A stretch of DNA of 64,000 nt from Andalucia godoyi And28 (taxonomy: Eukaryota; Protista; Jakobida). Where the stretch lies: contig VRVR01000033.1 of the NCBI GenBank assembly GCA_009859145.1, positions 235,966-299,965 of the forward strand, given 5' to 3'. The notes beneath the pieces were generated by a model. It ran no database searches. It had not been told where the DNA came from and saw nothing but the letters and a program-made list of their open reading frames with translations. The position numbers and the translations under genes are program-made. Shown one piece after another: positions 20,149 through 31,924 of this stretch. Every line of letters starts with the position of its first letter. Positions within the stretch are counted from its first letter, which is position 1.

Positions 20149-21654
20149 ATGACGACACCTCGAGTGCAATCGGTTCCGCAATTGTCATCAGTGTCGGTGC
20201 CGGGTGTATCGCGCTCCGAGGCGTGTATTGCGGACAAGATGCTTGCGCCGACGCCGCGTCCGCATCCGAATGTCCTTCGGCGGAAAGAAGACCGCGAGTC
20301 CGAGAGTCTGCGAACCGCGCGCCGGCGATCGGAGATTGCGGACACGCTCCAGTCGATGAACGACTTTGAACACACTCATGGGCTCCGAGCCTCTTCTGGT
20401 CATCCTCTTCCCAGAGATCCAGCGTCATTTTCATTTCCGTCGTCCTCAGGAGCTACGACTGCGAACCGAGCGGCGCGAGATAAGGTGTCCGTGTCTCCAC
20501 TGCGCTTGCCAGTTCGACATCATTCAGAACCTGGGCCTGGGCCTGGGCCAAGTGCAGGTGCAGGTGCAGGTGCAGGTGCAGGTGTTGGAACAGGTGTTGG
20601 GGCAGGAGTATCGGTGAGGGATCTTCATGCGACTGCGCTGCAGTCCGAGCGGTCCTTTCTGATGGCCACCGAGCGGTCGACGTCTTCCCGATCGAATCTG
20701 TCGTCGCAGGCCAATGGCTACTTTGGATCGGCGGCGATCGGCACAGCAGCTCTGGATCCGAATCGGTTGGAGCGTACAGTGCGAAAAGCATTCCGGGATG
20801 ATCCGGAAAAGGTTCTCAGACCACTGCTGATGGAAAACGGTCCCTCGGCCTCCCGCAGGGTGTCGCTTGCTTCGGTTTCCGCAGGGGCTGTGGCTCCGGC
20901 TGCAGCCTCAGGAACAGGATCAGATACAGTATCTCGAAGACGGTCGCTTGTTTCGACAGCACCAACAGTCCCATGGACAGGGACAGCCTCGCCGTTCCCG
21001 AATCCTTCGCCGCTGGTGCAGGCGTACGCGGCCGAGGCGCAGGTGAGGAAGGAAAAGGAACCGGCAAATTTTGTGCGGTATTTCCGCCGGACACGAGAGT
21101 TCAAGCCCGAGGATCCGAAACGGGATGCGCTCGACAATGCAATTGCATGCGACGAGCTGCTGCACAAAGTGTCCGTGGTCACCGAGCAAGAGCGACTCCG
21201 ATTGGAAGCCGCGCTGGAACGGCAGGAGAAGGAACGGTCAAAGCTCATTGAAAAGAGCAGCGAAAGATTCGAATTGGCTCTGCAACGAAGAGAGCCGTTT
21301 GCAGTGGCAAGATTTGGAGAGTTGCAGCGGCGGTTTTCGCGGTTCTCAGACATGGAAAACGAAGCGGAAAAAGAAGAAAGGATCCGAAAAGAGCTTGGTT
21401 TGCGACCCACTGTCTCGTCTGCTGCCGAGTCGTCGTATTCGTCGTGTTCTGCATCGCCCCATATCCGCGAGTCGCCGTTCTTGGCACGGTCCGAGACAAA
21501 ACAGATGCCTTTTAGTGCACGTGGTCATCCAAAAGAGAAGAAGCAGTGTGTGCGGTCGTCGACACCACCGCACATGGATGAACAAGAAGACATCAAGGAA
21601 GCAATGAGAAACCTGGAACTCTTCGATCTCAAAGTCCGAGGGTTTATGGGTTAA
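20149..21654 (+). CDS. Hypothetical protein (Ser/Arg-rich, GA-repeat, C-terminal coiled coil)
   Basis: 501-aa ATG-initiated ORF between AT-rich spacers; no family recognised. Confidence 0.7.
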   Translation: MTTPRVQSVPQLSSVSVPGVSRSEACIADKMLAPTPRPHPNVLRRKEDRESESLRTARRRSEIADTLQSMNDFEHTHGLRASSGHPLPRDPASFSFPSSSGATTANRAARDKVSVSPLRLPVRHHSEPGPGPGPSAGAGAGAGAGVGTGVGAGVSVRDLHATALQSERSFLMATERSTSSRSNLSSQANGYFGSAAIGTAALDPNRLERTVRKAFRDDPEKVLRPLLMENGPSASRRVSLASVSAGAVAPAAASGTGSDTVSRRRSLVSTAPTVPWTGTASPFPNPSPLVQAYAAEAQVRKEKEPANFVRYFRRTREFKPEDPKRDALDNAIACDELLHKVSVVTEQERLRLEAALERQEKERSKLIEKSSERFELALQRREPFAVARFGELQRRFSRFSDMENEAEKEERIRKELGLRPTVSSAAESSYSSCSASPHIRESPFLARSETKQMPFSARGHPKEKKQCVRSSTPPHMDEQEDIKEAMRNLELFDLKVRGFMG

Positions 21655-21813
21655 TCGGCGTCCGATCGCCCAGCTCCATCCCAGCTCCATCCCAGCTCCA
21701 TCCCAGCTCCATCCAGACCAATCCAAACCACGCAGACCTCGCAGACCTCGCTCAAAAGGGCAAAAGAAAGAAGAAAAGAAACAAAAAAAAAACAAAAAAA
21801 CACGCAAAGCATG

Positions 21814-21889
<76 letters not shown>

Positions 21890-22090
21890 GAGAGAGAGAG
21901 CCCACGTCCCCTTGCAAGATGACAAGCATTGTACACAGATTCCAAGCTTTTGGAGGTAAACGAAGTTACTCGTATCTTCACCAATCATCGTTGTTCGTTC
22001 TGTGAATATTGCTGCGATCAATAATATCAAGGAAGCATGAGAAGGCATGCGAGAGAAAAAAGAAAAGGGAAAAGCATTCATCAGCGTATT

Positions 22091-25000
22091 TTATGCGCTG
22101 TTGAAGAACGAGTCGAACACGAACGGGGGAAGCTGGTTCTCAACAAGTTTTCTTTCAACATTTGCGAGCTTGCAGAATTTTTCGAGGAAGTGGAGCACAG
22201 CACTAACATCCGCTGGAAGCTCCACGACGGCTTCGTTCAGGCCTGGCTTCTTGGCTGGATTGAGAGACGAAATGCTTCCAACAACATCGACAACCATCAA
22301 GTTTACGAAGCGGATACGGTATTCAGAATGCATCTGCTTCAGCACCGTCGCAAGTCCCAGCGCAAACGGAACACCATCCAGGGCAACCTCATCCTTCTTC
22401 TTTGTCAGTACTCGATCCATTGTGTCGAGAGCATTGTCATATGCGATCTTGGATAGCACCAGCTTTGTGATCGCATGCAACTGGAATGCAGCATTTTCGA
22501 TAGGGTCGCTCGTAACATAAATCTTCGTCAAAGGATCTGACATTCCCGATGATTCGAGGAACTCCGAGAGCGTGGCGAGCAAACTCGAGTCCTCAGAAGG
22601 ATACGGCTTCTTCTCGGGATTGCGGTAGTGCGCCTCAATGTCCGCCAATATTGACTTGTTAAGCGTATCCAGTGCAGATGCCAGCACGTTTGCATGGACT
22701 CGACATGCAAAGCACAATTCATTGGAAATGTGACGTCTCAACAACTGTTTTTGTCCAATGCGACTGATCAACTCGGCGAGCTGCAACTGGAGAGCAGCAT
22801 TTTTCCGCAGCAGCTCAACGTCCGTCAATGCAGCGGATCGCTTCAAAAAGTCCTGCAAATCCTTCACGATCAGCACACAGATCAGACGGTCGATTCCCGC
22901 AAGGCCAACAACACCAATGGCCGCTCGCAGCAACGAAAACGTCGTCACGCCAATGACTTCTCGGCGTTCTCCATCGACCCATGCAGCAGCAGCATCTACA
23001 TACGTTGTTCTCGACAGCGATGTTTGGTTGAGCAATTCCTGCATCAATCGGCCAAATGCACCGAGAGGGATCATTTCTTCGCCAGACATGATGGACAGCA
23101 TCCGAGATCGATGCGGATTCACTTCATGCTGCACTTGTGCGCGGACAACTCGCGAAAATTCGTCTTGCCAGACTTTGAGGCCATAGACATTGACATAGTC
23201 CTGAATATACTCCAGCGACCGTTGCATGCCGCTCATAACGTTTGCCAACTGGAGCAAGCGCGGTTCGAACTCGCCAACGCCAGATTTTGCATCCTTCGAA
23301 GACGTCGAGCCCGGTGTGGAGAAACTGAGCAAATCGTTAAAGCCGGAGCCGATCCGTCTTCGCACCTCCAGGCGGATTCCGTCCTCCAACAGTTGCTGCG
23401 GATCAATTTGAATAATACCCATGAGAGTCTTTTCCATGGCCATGATGCCGATTGTGTACTTACTGACGTCGAACGTGAGCCGAGCAAGTGAGTATCGCTC
23501 GTCCAACTGCGCATACTCCTTTAGCTCGATACGATTGAGTCGTGTAGGAAGCGCACGGAATCCCTTCGTCTGCAAGTCGATGATCTGCTGCAAAATCGCA
23601 AACATGCTTTGCGGAATGATCGCCATGACATACTTGACGAACAGAACAAGCTCGGCAGAGTAGTACTCCGAGACGGATACCAAGTCCGCCGAGTTTGCTT
23701 GGGTGATGCGCACAAGAGGCAGCTCGAGAATAGATGCCAGTTTCAGGAATGTTGAGCGCAACTTGATAATCAGCGACGGTTCCTTTCGGATGTGTGTCTG
23801 CATCAGCTGCACATAGTCCGAGATAACCTCCCAGGCGTACGACATGTCTCCAACCTGACCAAACGTGATGAGCACTTCTTCACGGATGTTGATGGTGCGG
23901 ATCATGCGATGAAGAAGTTCGCGCGAGTTTGCCAAGAACTGCTTGACTTGCAACGACGACTCAATTTGATGAAACTGCTCTACTCCCTCCAGAGCCGACA
24001 CCATGTTTTGAATCTTCCGACCTGCCAGAGTAGAGTCTTCGTAGTCCAGTTCCGAAATCTTGCCCGCCATCTGCGCAAACCAGGTTTTGAGTTGCTCGTC
24101 CTTGATCTTTTCCGTCAACATCACCTCGCCTGAGAAGTAAGCAGACAACTCGAGCAGACGGTTCTTCACAACGCTCTTTGCATATTCCCACTTTGATCGC
24201 TTTTCGCCAAGCAGGCGTTCGAACATGTCCTTCAGCGCATATTCGAACTGCGCAGTATCGAGCAACAACAAGAGCAGCTCTTCGGTAGGAATGCTGATCA
24301 AGAACGGCTTCAGTTTCTTGTCCGTGGTCTGCGCGGCATGATGGAGCATCAGCCACCGGATGGTGACGTTCGCAACGCGGAGGACATCCGTTAAATGTGC
24401 CGTTCGTTCCAGCGCTTCCGTTTCACTCAAGTTACCTTCGACAAGGTAAAACTGCACGGCTTTTCTGGAATGCGAAAGCATTCCGACATACTTGGCATAA
24501 AGTTTCTTGACATTCTCCGGGAGCAGCGTGTTCTTCAATGCATCGCTGGCGGCTTTGTAGTTCATCCAGCAATCGCTGAGATCCACTTTGATTCCCATGT
24601 AATAGGTAATGACCCAGTTGTCTGGGAAAAACTTGTCGACGATTTCTCTCATGATTGTGGTCTCCTTGTGCAGAACGTTCGGCACAAAGTACAAGAGGAC
24701 AAACAGCATGGACGCCTGATTTGCGAGGGCTGTCGAGCGGTGATCTGGGTCCGGATAGTACGACATTTGTTGATAGATATCGTCTGACCTCATGCGCCCA
24801 ATGATCATCAGGACCATGTTCTGCGGAATTGTGTACCGGGCAAAAAAGTCGTCCGGATACGACTTGCTCTTTTTGTCACCCGTAGCTTTGCACAACTTGC
24901 ATGTCTCTTCCAAGAACTCGATATCGACGGTGCCCACATAGCGAAAGTATGCCATGAGCATGCGTTCTCGTACGGCACCATCAATGCGAGCATCCATGAT

Positions 25001-25453
25001 CAAGAGCATGACTCCGTACAAGTACAGTGCCTCGGCCAGCAGCTGCTTCCCCTGCGGGTCGACAAGCACTGACGGAAATGTCTGCTGGATAAACACTCCT
25101 TCTTCAAGATCTTGCAAAAACCTCTTATAATCGTGAATGTACCTGTAAATGGACTCAAAAAGCTTGAAGAATCGCTCAAGCACTGGCAAGTACGTCTCGC
25201 GAAATTGCTGATCGAGATCCACAAGCTCTGGCCTCGATTCAATCTTGTGGTCAATAAGCTCAAACTGGTTCAGAAACCGAAAATCAAACATGAGCGGAGC
25301 ATGCTCGGCCTTCGGATCGTCAATCGCAAAAGCAGGCGGAATGTACTTGGACAGGCGAAGAAGCTCTGCGATGATCGCAGAACCTCGAGACACAAGCCTC
25401 AGAAGCTGCTGGCCACATATGTTGGTTTCAGAAAGAAACGAATAGTCAGACAT
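22091..25453 (-). CDS. WASHC5: WASH complex subunit 5 (strumpellin)
   Basis: FLSETNICGQQLLRLVSRGSAIIAELLRLS, YPDPDHRSTALANQASML, IREIVDKFFPDNWVITYYMG, FSEYYSAEL-like and LLEDGIR motifs; 1120 aa. Confidence 0.96.
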   Translation of the reverse strand: MSDYSFLSETNICGQQLLRLVSRGSAIIAELLRLSKYIPPAFAIDDPKAEHAPLMFDFRFLNQFELIDHKIESRPELVDLDQQFRETYLPVLERFFKLFESIYRYIHDYKRFLQDLEEGVFIQQTFPSVLVDPQGKQLLAEALYLYGVMLLIMDARIDGAVRERMLMAYFRYVGTVDIEFLEETCKLCKATGDKKSKSYPDDFFARYTIPQNMVLMIIGRMRSDDIYQQMSYYPDPDHRSTALANQASMLFVLLYFVPNVLHKETTIMREIVDKFFPDNWVITYYMGIKVDLSDCWMNYKAASDALKNTLLPENVKKLYAKYVGMLSHSRKAVQFYLVEGNLSETEALERTAHLTDVLRVANVTIRWLMLHHAAQTTDKKLKPFLISIPTEELLLLLLDTAQFEYALKDMFERLLGEKRSKWEYAKSVVKNRLLELSAYFSGEVMLTEKIKDEQLKTWFAQMAGKISELDYEDSTLAGRKIQNMVSALEGVEQFHQIESSLQVKQFLANSRELLHRMIRTINIREEVLITFGQVGDMSYAWEVISDYVQLMQTHIRKEPSLIIKLRSTFLKLASILELPLVRITQANSADLVSVSEYYSAELVLFVKYVMAIIPQSMFAILQQIIDLQTKGFRALPTRLNRIELKEYAQLDERYSLARLTFDVSKYTIGIMAMEKTLMGIIQIDPQQLLEDGIRLEVRRRIGSGFNDLLSFSTPGSTSSKDAKSGVGEFEPRLLQLANVMSGMQRSLEYIQDYVNVYGLKVWQDEFSRVVRAQVQHEVNPHRSRMLSIMSGEEMIPLGAFGRLMQELLNQTSLSRTTYVDAAAAWVDGERREVIGVTTFSLLRAAIGVVGLAGIDRLICVLIVKDLQDFLKRSAALTDVELLRKNAALQLQLAELISRIGQKQLLRRHISNELCFACRVHANVLASALDTLNKSILADIEAHYRNPEKKPYPSEDSSLLATLSEFLESSGMSDPLTKIYVTSDPIENAAFQLHAITKLVLSKIAYDNALDTMDRVLTKKKDEVALDGVPFALGLATVLKQMHSEYRIRFVNLMVVDVVGSISSLNPAKKPGLNEAVVELPADVSAVLHFLEKFCKLANVERKLVENQLPPFVFDSFFNSA

Positions 25454-25769
25454 TCACCACCAAGTACGAGTGCCGTCTGCAAACAAAAAGCACGACGAAA
25501 GTAAAAGTTAAAGTCAAAAAAGAAAAATTTATAGGGAAGAAGCAAAGGCAAATTGGTCACAGACTTCAAAATGACTGCCACAGCCAAGGCTCCGCTCTTG
25601 ATGCCAGAAAGCCAGGGTCAAGGGCAGCCCCAGAGGCCTTTCTGAAACAGGACACAACAAGGCATTCAGGCTGTGAACTACGGAGGTTTGCAAGGCGAGA
25701 AACCAAAAAATTGTATGACGGAGGGGGAGCGCCTGCCACACACGGAATCTTTCCATCTTTGTGTTTAAC

Positions 25770-25811
<42 letters not shown>

Positions 25812-25831
25812 TCTTCAAATTTGTAGATGCG

Positions 25832-25897
25832 GGGAGGATGCGTAATAGTCCGCTTGTCGGGGGAGGATGCGTAATAGTCCGCTTGTCGGGGGGAGGA
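25832..25897. repeat. 29-bp tandem duplication (GGGAGGATGCGTAATAGTCCGCTTGTCGG x2 plus partial) next to a (TA)n tract at 25773-25809
   Basis: Read directly; no spacer between the units. Confidence 0.9.
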
Positions 25898-27109
25898 GGT
25901 ACGCGCGGTTTTCCCCACCTTTCTTCTTCCGCGAAATGAGCAGATATGAAAGCGCAAATCTGGTGAACTTCAACGCGGAAAATCCGGAACTTCCAGGAGC
26001 AATTTTTGTATAAAACACCCCCCACTTCTTTATTTGGCTGGATCCCGGCGTCATCCGCCAACCGGAATCAAAAGACGAAGTGCCCGACGTGCGAGAGAAA
26101 AATAAAATTAACTGTGAAAAAATCAAAGCATCGCCTTTTAATGCCGAATTCCAATCCAGAAGGAACTTCTTCTTAACAATGAAATAACGAGAGTGAATGA
26201 CGATTTTTGAATTCCGCCAGATCGCGAACATGCTGTCCCTCTTTGATCTTCACATGTCGATGCGAATGACGTATAACGCATGAGGTAATGGGCGCGTTGC
26301 AACAGTCAACGCTCACATACCAGCTTGTCGCGAGGCATATGAAGAGACAACAAAAAACAAACAAACAAACGCAGCAATCACATCATTCATTCTTCGGTAG
26401 ACAACGCCTCACCGCCTCTGAAAACAAAAGGCAGTTTTGATTTTCATCTCCCACCCCCCGATCCAAAAAATAAAACAAAGAATAACTCGGAACATGAGCT
26501 TCGAAACAGCGAAAATGCGAACCACGTGAATTGCGAGACGGAAATGCGATGGTCGAAAAGGCAGAATCAAGAAACAAACTGATCGGAAAAACGACGATCA
26601 AGGCCGAGATCTCGCAAGTCGTGGAAATGACTGGTGCGGACATCCGATTTTGGAGGACTCTCGAATGGACTTCGCAGGCGCCGTGCACAGAGAGACAGCG
26701 TCGCTGCCGCGGGCAAGTGCATCCATGCAAACAGCAAGACTGTGAATCGTAAAACCGAGCGATCCGGCAGGGAAAATACAGTTCTCCAATGCCAAAGGGG
26801 ATAGAGAGCGAGACGGAAAGAGAGAAACAGAAACAAATAGAGAGAGAGAGAGAGAGAGCAAAAAAGGAAAGCCAATGCGAAAGCGGAGGTTGCGAAGCAG
26901 AATAGTGAGCTGAGCAACACAAACGAGAAAAAAAATGACTTCAACACGCGTTCTGCAACTGCCCTGTATTCAAGCGTCCTTCACAAACTGGAAAAAAAAA
27001 TTGTTAAAAATACTTATCCGAGTTCGTTCAATTATCCGTTATCTTTCCCCCACATCTCCTGAAGAAGCAATCTTAATTACTTTTTGCTCAATGCATACTA
27101 TGCGAGTCT

Positions 27110-28033
27110 ATGAAGCCTACAGGAAACAGCGCCAACCCACGTGAGCAGCAATATTCAAGAGGAATCTACACACCTCGCTTCGGTTCATCCACTCCGATTC
27201 CTCCATCTCCGGCGGCGCAAACGCATTATGCACCAGGTGCATCAGCAACGATCCAATATCCTGACAATCCCGGATCCTCGCAATTCGGCGAATATGTCCA
27301 TCACTACCATCGTGTTCCTCCGCAATCACGTTCTTCCATGTCTCCTCACTCTTCTTATCTAAGCCCGAGCGCTTGGCAGTTTGGAACACCGCCGCTGCAA
27401 TCAACAATAGGATCTTCTCACCCACTTCCGAGACCATCTGTGCACCAGGGCACAGGTAGCGAGTTTCATCCAATGCATCACTCGTATCATCCAACATTAT
27501 CATCCTCATTCCCGGTTCCTCCACCGGCGTCGCAATTGTACAGCTCTGCACACCCTGCACGAACCGTTGTCTCGGATTTATCCACACACTTACAGCATGG
27601 ATATGCAGAATCGTGGGGTGATCAGGGCTCTTCAGCGCCAAACCAAATGCACCATGGAGCACAACATCACGTCCCGACAACGGTGCTTGCTGAACATACT
27701 GCGGCGTCCGACGAAAGTATGAAGAAGTGGTATCAGCTGTTTTCATGCGAACGGTGTCGTCTGATGCACAAACGATGTGGAAGAGAGGGGCCACCGTGTC
27801 TTCGTTGTGCCGAGACTGGAGAGAAGTGCGAGTACGCAGGAAAGCCTCCTGGCCGGCCTACTCGACTGGTCAGCGACTTTCAAGACCAGCGAAATGACTG
27901 GATGGTGAAAGGGTGGCGCGGCCCAGGGACGGCAGATCCTCAAGCGATATTGAGCGACATGCCCACTGCAGCCGAGCCGCCTGTTCCCTCAGTTTGGCAT
28001 CGAAGCGACGCAAACCAAGTGAGCAATGTCGTT

Positions 28034-28071
<38 letters not shown>

Positions 28072-28654
28072 TAATGACAACGACGACGATGACGATGTTG
28101 ACAAGGTCGAAGATGATGAGGAAAGCATTCTTTTGCAACGAGCCGCTGCGGATGACGACTTGCCCGCCAAAGCAACGAGGACGGCGAGTCGCCGCGAGAA
28201 AGAGCCTCGGCTAAGTCCAGGAGAAAAGCGAGGATGGTCCAGTGTGCAGGATTCTGCACCGAGATCTGAGCGATTACCAGACAACTGGCACCACTCGGAT
28301 CCGGGTGCCACGAACGCATACAACCCGGCTGATCGCGATGCTGGAAAGAGCTCCAACGATGCTGCCGACAGGTTCAACCGAGGCCATGGGCTCCACCATC
28401 TGGAACCCGCTTTTTCGCCTGCTGTGGTCCACCATGAACCTCGTTTGCCTTCTACCGCAGACGTCCTGGTCGGCATCTCCCGGCCAATCCAACGACTGTC
28501 GGAACGCTCTGACCGCGCAACTGACTTTTTGTCTGTGCTGGAGCGCTTGTCTGTCGCCTGCTTTCCCATAACGGTGCTGTCCGAGGCGTCTGCGAGCCTG
28601 TTGCTGGCTCAGTTGAACCAGATATGCGACACCGTCGAGCAGGGTAAATTGTAA
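27110..28654 (+). CDS. Zn(II)2Cys6 binuclear-cluster transcription factor
   Basis: SCERCRLMHKRCGREGPPCLRCAETGEKCEY fits CX2CX6CX6CX2CX6C; flanks are low-complexity, with a (DH)n tract. Confidence 0.85.
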
Positions 28655-29458
28655 GGACGGATCAGCGGAGTGGAGTGGGCGTCAAAAGGAATCGTGGACG
28701 TGAATAAAGGGCGGCTCTCCCGCTCAGGACGTACCTTTATATACCAAAAAGAGGCCGCCTTCTTGAGGCAGTTTCACGGAGGGTCTCTCATCGAGCCACC
28801 TCCACCAGGACCGATGGTCCATCAGTGGAGCATGCCATCTGCGCATTCGTCCGTGCCCCGAGATCAAAACAAACGCAAACGCGAACCTTCACTGCAAGTG
28901 AGATTGTAAGAATGAACCGAGAAAGCCCCAAGGGAGAATCGACAAATGTCTGGTCGACCTGTCACAGGTATCCTTGGTCATTCCGCATTCAGCAGTATTT
29001 GCGATAATCCGCCTATGCTTGCCCCACCGTCACCTTGCATACCGATGGCTTTCTCGTCTTACGGCTCACTGCCCCACAGCCGTGGCCTCCTATGGCCTTC
29101 CTATGGCCTTCTCACTGCTCTCCTCCTTCCCTACCTCCCTCCCTCCCTCACGTCTGCTTCCGTTCTCTTCTTCAACAGCCAATCCCTTTCGCAGGTGGCG
29201 GCGGTGTCAGGGAGAAAATCCGAATTCATGCTGCCCGCGGATTATTCCAGTCGAACGGACTTTCCCTTCTGTTTAATTGCACCCTCCTCTGCGCTTTTTA
29301 TCTTGTATCGCTCATCCTGTACAAAAACTTAAAAGAAGAAAATTTGCCACAAAAAAAAAAAAGAAAAATCGAAGTCGTCGTAATATCCACATTGTGTGAT
29401 TTATTGTTCACATACATTACAAAAAAAGCCGGCATCGCCATCCAATGTTGAGCGCACG

Positions 29459-29981
29459 CTAGTCGTCAGGTAGAAATCGCTTTCGGTCAAGGCACGGCCC
29501 AGATGCGCCATGACCAGCTCTGCGGACTTCATGGGGCACGTGTCTGTCTGTTTGGCGCGGCTCTGCGAAACTCCAATCGTCACTGCTACCAGGGTTGCGT
29601 CGGTCTGTCCCTCTGCATCTCGCGGAGTCCTCCCGAGGCCCTATCATCATGCTTCGATTGTTCGAAACGGGATTATTGCTGGGGCCGCACTCATGATGAA
29701 CGCCCGCCGCTTTGGGTACAACAGACATCTGCTGGAGCTCCTGTCGAAGACGCTTGATCTCTGCATCCTTTCGGTCGATTTCCTCCCGCGCTGTCTTGAA
29801 CAAGCAGGAAATGTTGTTTAGAAGAATCTTGTTTACGCTCGCGAGCTTTGCGTTTTGCTTCTGCAACTGGCTGTTTCGTTCCTTCAGCTCAGATATAAGC
29901 TCTATTTGTGAGGCGAAAGCATTCTGGATAGATCGCCGCAATCTGTCAGTACGCCCACCAGAAAAAAGAGAAAAAGGAAGC

Positions 29982-30026
<45 letters not shown>

Positions 30027-30233
30027 AGAAGAAGAAGAAGAAGAAGAAGAAGAAGAAGAAGAAGAAGAAGAAGAAGAAGAAGAAGCAGAAGAAGAAGCAG
30101 AAGCAGGAGGAGGAGGAGGAGGAGGAGGAGAACAAGATAAGCGACGTCATACGGGAGCTGGAAAGTCAAGATCCGCGTACAGATCCACTTGCGGTGGTTC
30201 GCTCTTCGAGAACCCGGGATTGCCTGTATCCAT
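29459..30233 (-). CDS. Short FLASH/CASP8AP2-N-terminus-like protein (182 aa), two exons (30233-30153, 29923-29459)
   Basis: Exon 1 MDTGNPGFSKSEPPQVDLYADLDFPAP ends at GTATGA. The intron has a TACTGAC branch-like site and a CCAG acceptor in phase 0. Exon 2 contains NKILLNNISCLFKTAREEIDRKDAEIKRL (cf. FLASH [29 protein letters not shown]). Confidence 0.72.
29983..30130. repeat. Compound trinucleotide microsatellite (GCA)n(GAA)n(GGA)n inside the intron of the FLASH-like gene
   Basis: Read directly; it produces the spurious poly-Leu, poly-Arg and poly-Phe ORFs. Confidence 0.95.
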
Positions 30234-30833
30234 CAAACCGGAATCCGCAACTTGATGTAAATCACCCGAAGGAAAAAGAGAGAGACAGAAGGCAATCCGA
30301 GTGCAAATGAACCCTCTTTTTTGGTGCTGCGACGTTTTTGTTTTGCCGGAGGGGCGGTTTCAGAACATCGGGGCGAGTCAAGTCGAAAAACCAGCGGTCC
30401 TCAAAGCGATGAACGCGCAATAAAAAACTCCCGCTCCGTACGACCAGACGAGTCCACTGAATCCACAGAGGGAGCGGGGGCCGCGAGGTTCACACTTTTT
30501 TAACAGCCTCGCAAGTTGCCAAGCCCGCGGAGGAGAAGTGCTTCCATAAGCAGGAAACCAATTTCCGAATGGTGGAGAATAAACAAGAAAATACAATTTT
30601 ATCTTGTCGATTTGCCGGCAGTCCGGGTGGGGGTTTGGCGACTCGGGAGATCCCTTGTCCAGCTGAAAGTCCTCAGCTGCTGTAATCAAACAAACCAACA
30701 AAAAAGGCCTCTATTTTACCAATTGTATTTAGCTTGCAGCAAAGATTGAAAGAAAAAATAAAATTACATTTAGCGAGTGCGAGTGAGGGTGAGAGCGTGT
30801 GAGTGGCAAAGCGAGAAGCAAAAAAAAAAAAAA

Positions 30834-30865
<32 letters not shown>

Positions 30866-30873
30866 TGAGGAAA

Positions 30874-31557
30874 ATGATGGTGCAGCGTATGGTGGGAGGA
30901 TCGTTGAGGATCACTAGCTTTCGGTGTTTTTCGAGCGTGTCAGAGATTCACGGAACGACGGTGCTTTGTGTGCGTCGAGGAAGGGATCTTGTGATGGCTG
31001 CGGATGGGCAAGTGACGATGGGGAGTGTAGTGTTGAAGCCGAATGCCCGCAAGATCCGGACGATGGGCGAGCGTGGAGAGGTGCTTGTTGGGTTTGCTGG
31101 ATCCACCGCGGATGCAATGACGTTGTACGAGCGTCTGGAGGAGAAGCTGAATGAGCACCCAGGTCAGTTGCAGAGATCCTGTGTGGAACTTGCAAAGCTT
31201 TGGCGGACAGATAAGTTTCTTCGCAAACTGGAGGCGTTGATGATTGTCGCGGACAAGCAAGTCACGCTCACTATCACCGGGAATGGAGACGTGTTTGAAC
31301 CGGTCGACGGCGTCATGGCGATCGGATCGGGAGGCTCGTTTGCATTGGCTGCAGCACGCGCCATGGTGGACGTCGCTCCGCCGTCAATGACTGCCGAGGA
31401 CATCGCTCGCAAGGCCATCTCCATCGCAGCAGACATGTGCATTTACACCAACCATGAAATTACCCTCAAGAAAATCGAATCAGCACTCGGCGACGTCTCC
31501 TCCACGAGCCCCACACCCGGCCAACCACTACAACCTGGTCGCAGCGACTCCCTATAG
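30874..31557 (+). CDS. hslV: Mitochondrial HslV/ClpQ threonine protease
   Basis: Presequence ending IHG, then mature TTVLCVRRG; [59 protein letters not shown]. Confidence 0.95.
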   Translation: MMVQRMVGGSLRITSFRCFSSVSEIHGTTVLCVRRGRDLVMAADGQVTMGSVVLKPNARKIRTMGERGEVLVGFAGSTADAMTLYERLEEKLNEHPGQLQRSCVELAKLWRTDKFLRKLEALMIVADKQVTLTITGNGDVFEPVDGVMAIGSGGSFALAAARAMVDVAPPSMTAEDIARKAISIAADMCIYTNHEITLKKIESALGDVSSTSPTPGQPLQPGRSDSL

Positions 31558-31924
31558 AATACGTAAACGGTAACATGCACAAAAAATAAAATAAATAAAT
31601 AAATTAATTAAGAAAGAAAGAAAGAGGACACTTCGGTTGGCCGTCGTAGATGCATGGTACGAAGATACATGCACGTGGCAACTGCGAATACTTTCCTTTG
31701 TAGTTTGTTGCATCATTGACGAGCTACGACGATCAAATCGGGAAAACACACACGAAGTTCGGACAGTGTGCCCTTTCAGTCTTCTTGATGACGAATCTTC
31801 ATTTCATTGTTTCCCGAGTCTAGAGTCTGGAGTCTCGACACCCCACGAAATATTGAAGATCGGCGTGCATCTCCTTTTCTTCTTTATTTTTGTTCAATGA
31901 CCATGCGCTTCTGACTGGTGAGCA

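Noticed and set aside
25640-25708. ...CTGAA...TTCAG...TTTGCAAGGCG looks a little like the Fanzor right end
   Set aside because: It lacks the TGCA..TGA.TATG block and the DRD motif; the similarity is too short to support
25832-25897. Possible CRISPR-like repeat
   Set aside because: The units are directly adjacent with no spacers, there are only two copies, and no cas genes are present
29459-30169. 236-aa ORF with a very long poly-Leu stretch
   Set aside because: The poly-Leu comes from the intronic microsatellite; the spliced model has consistent GT-AG sites and phase
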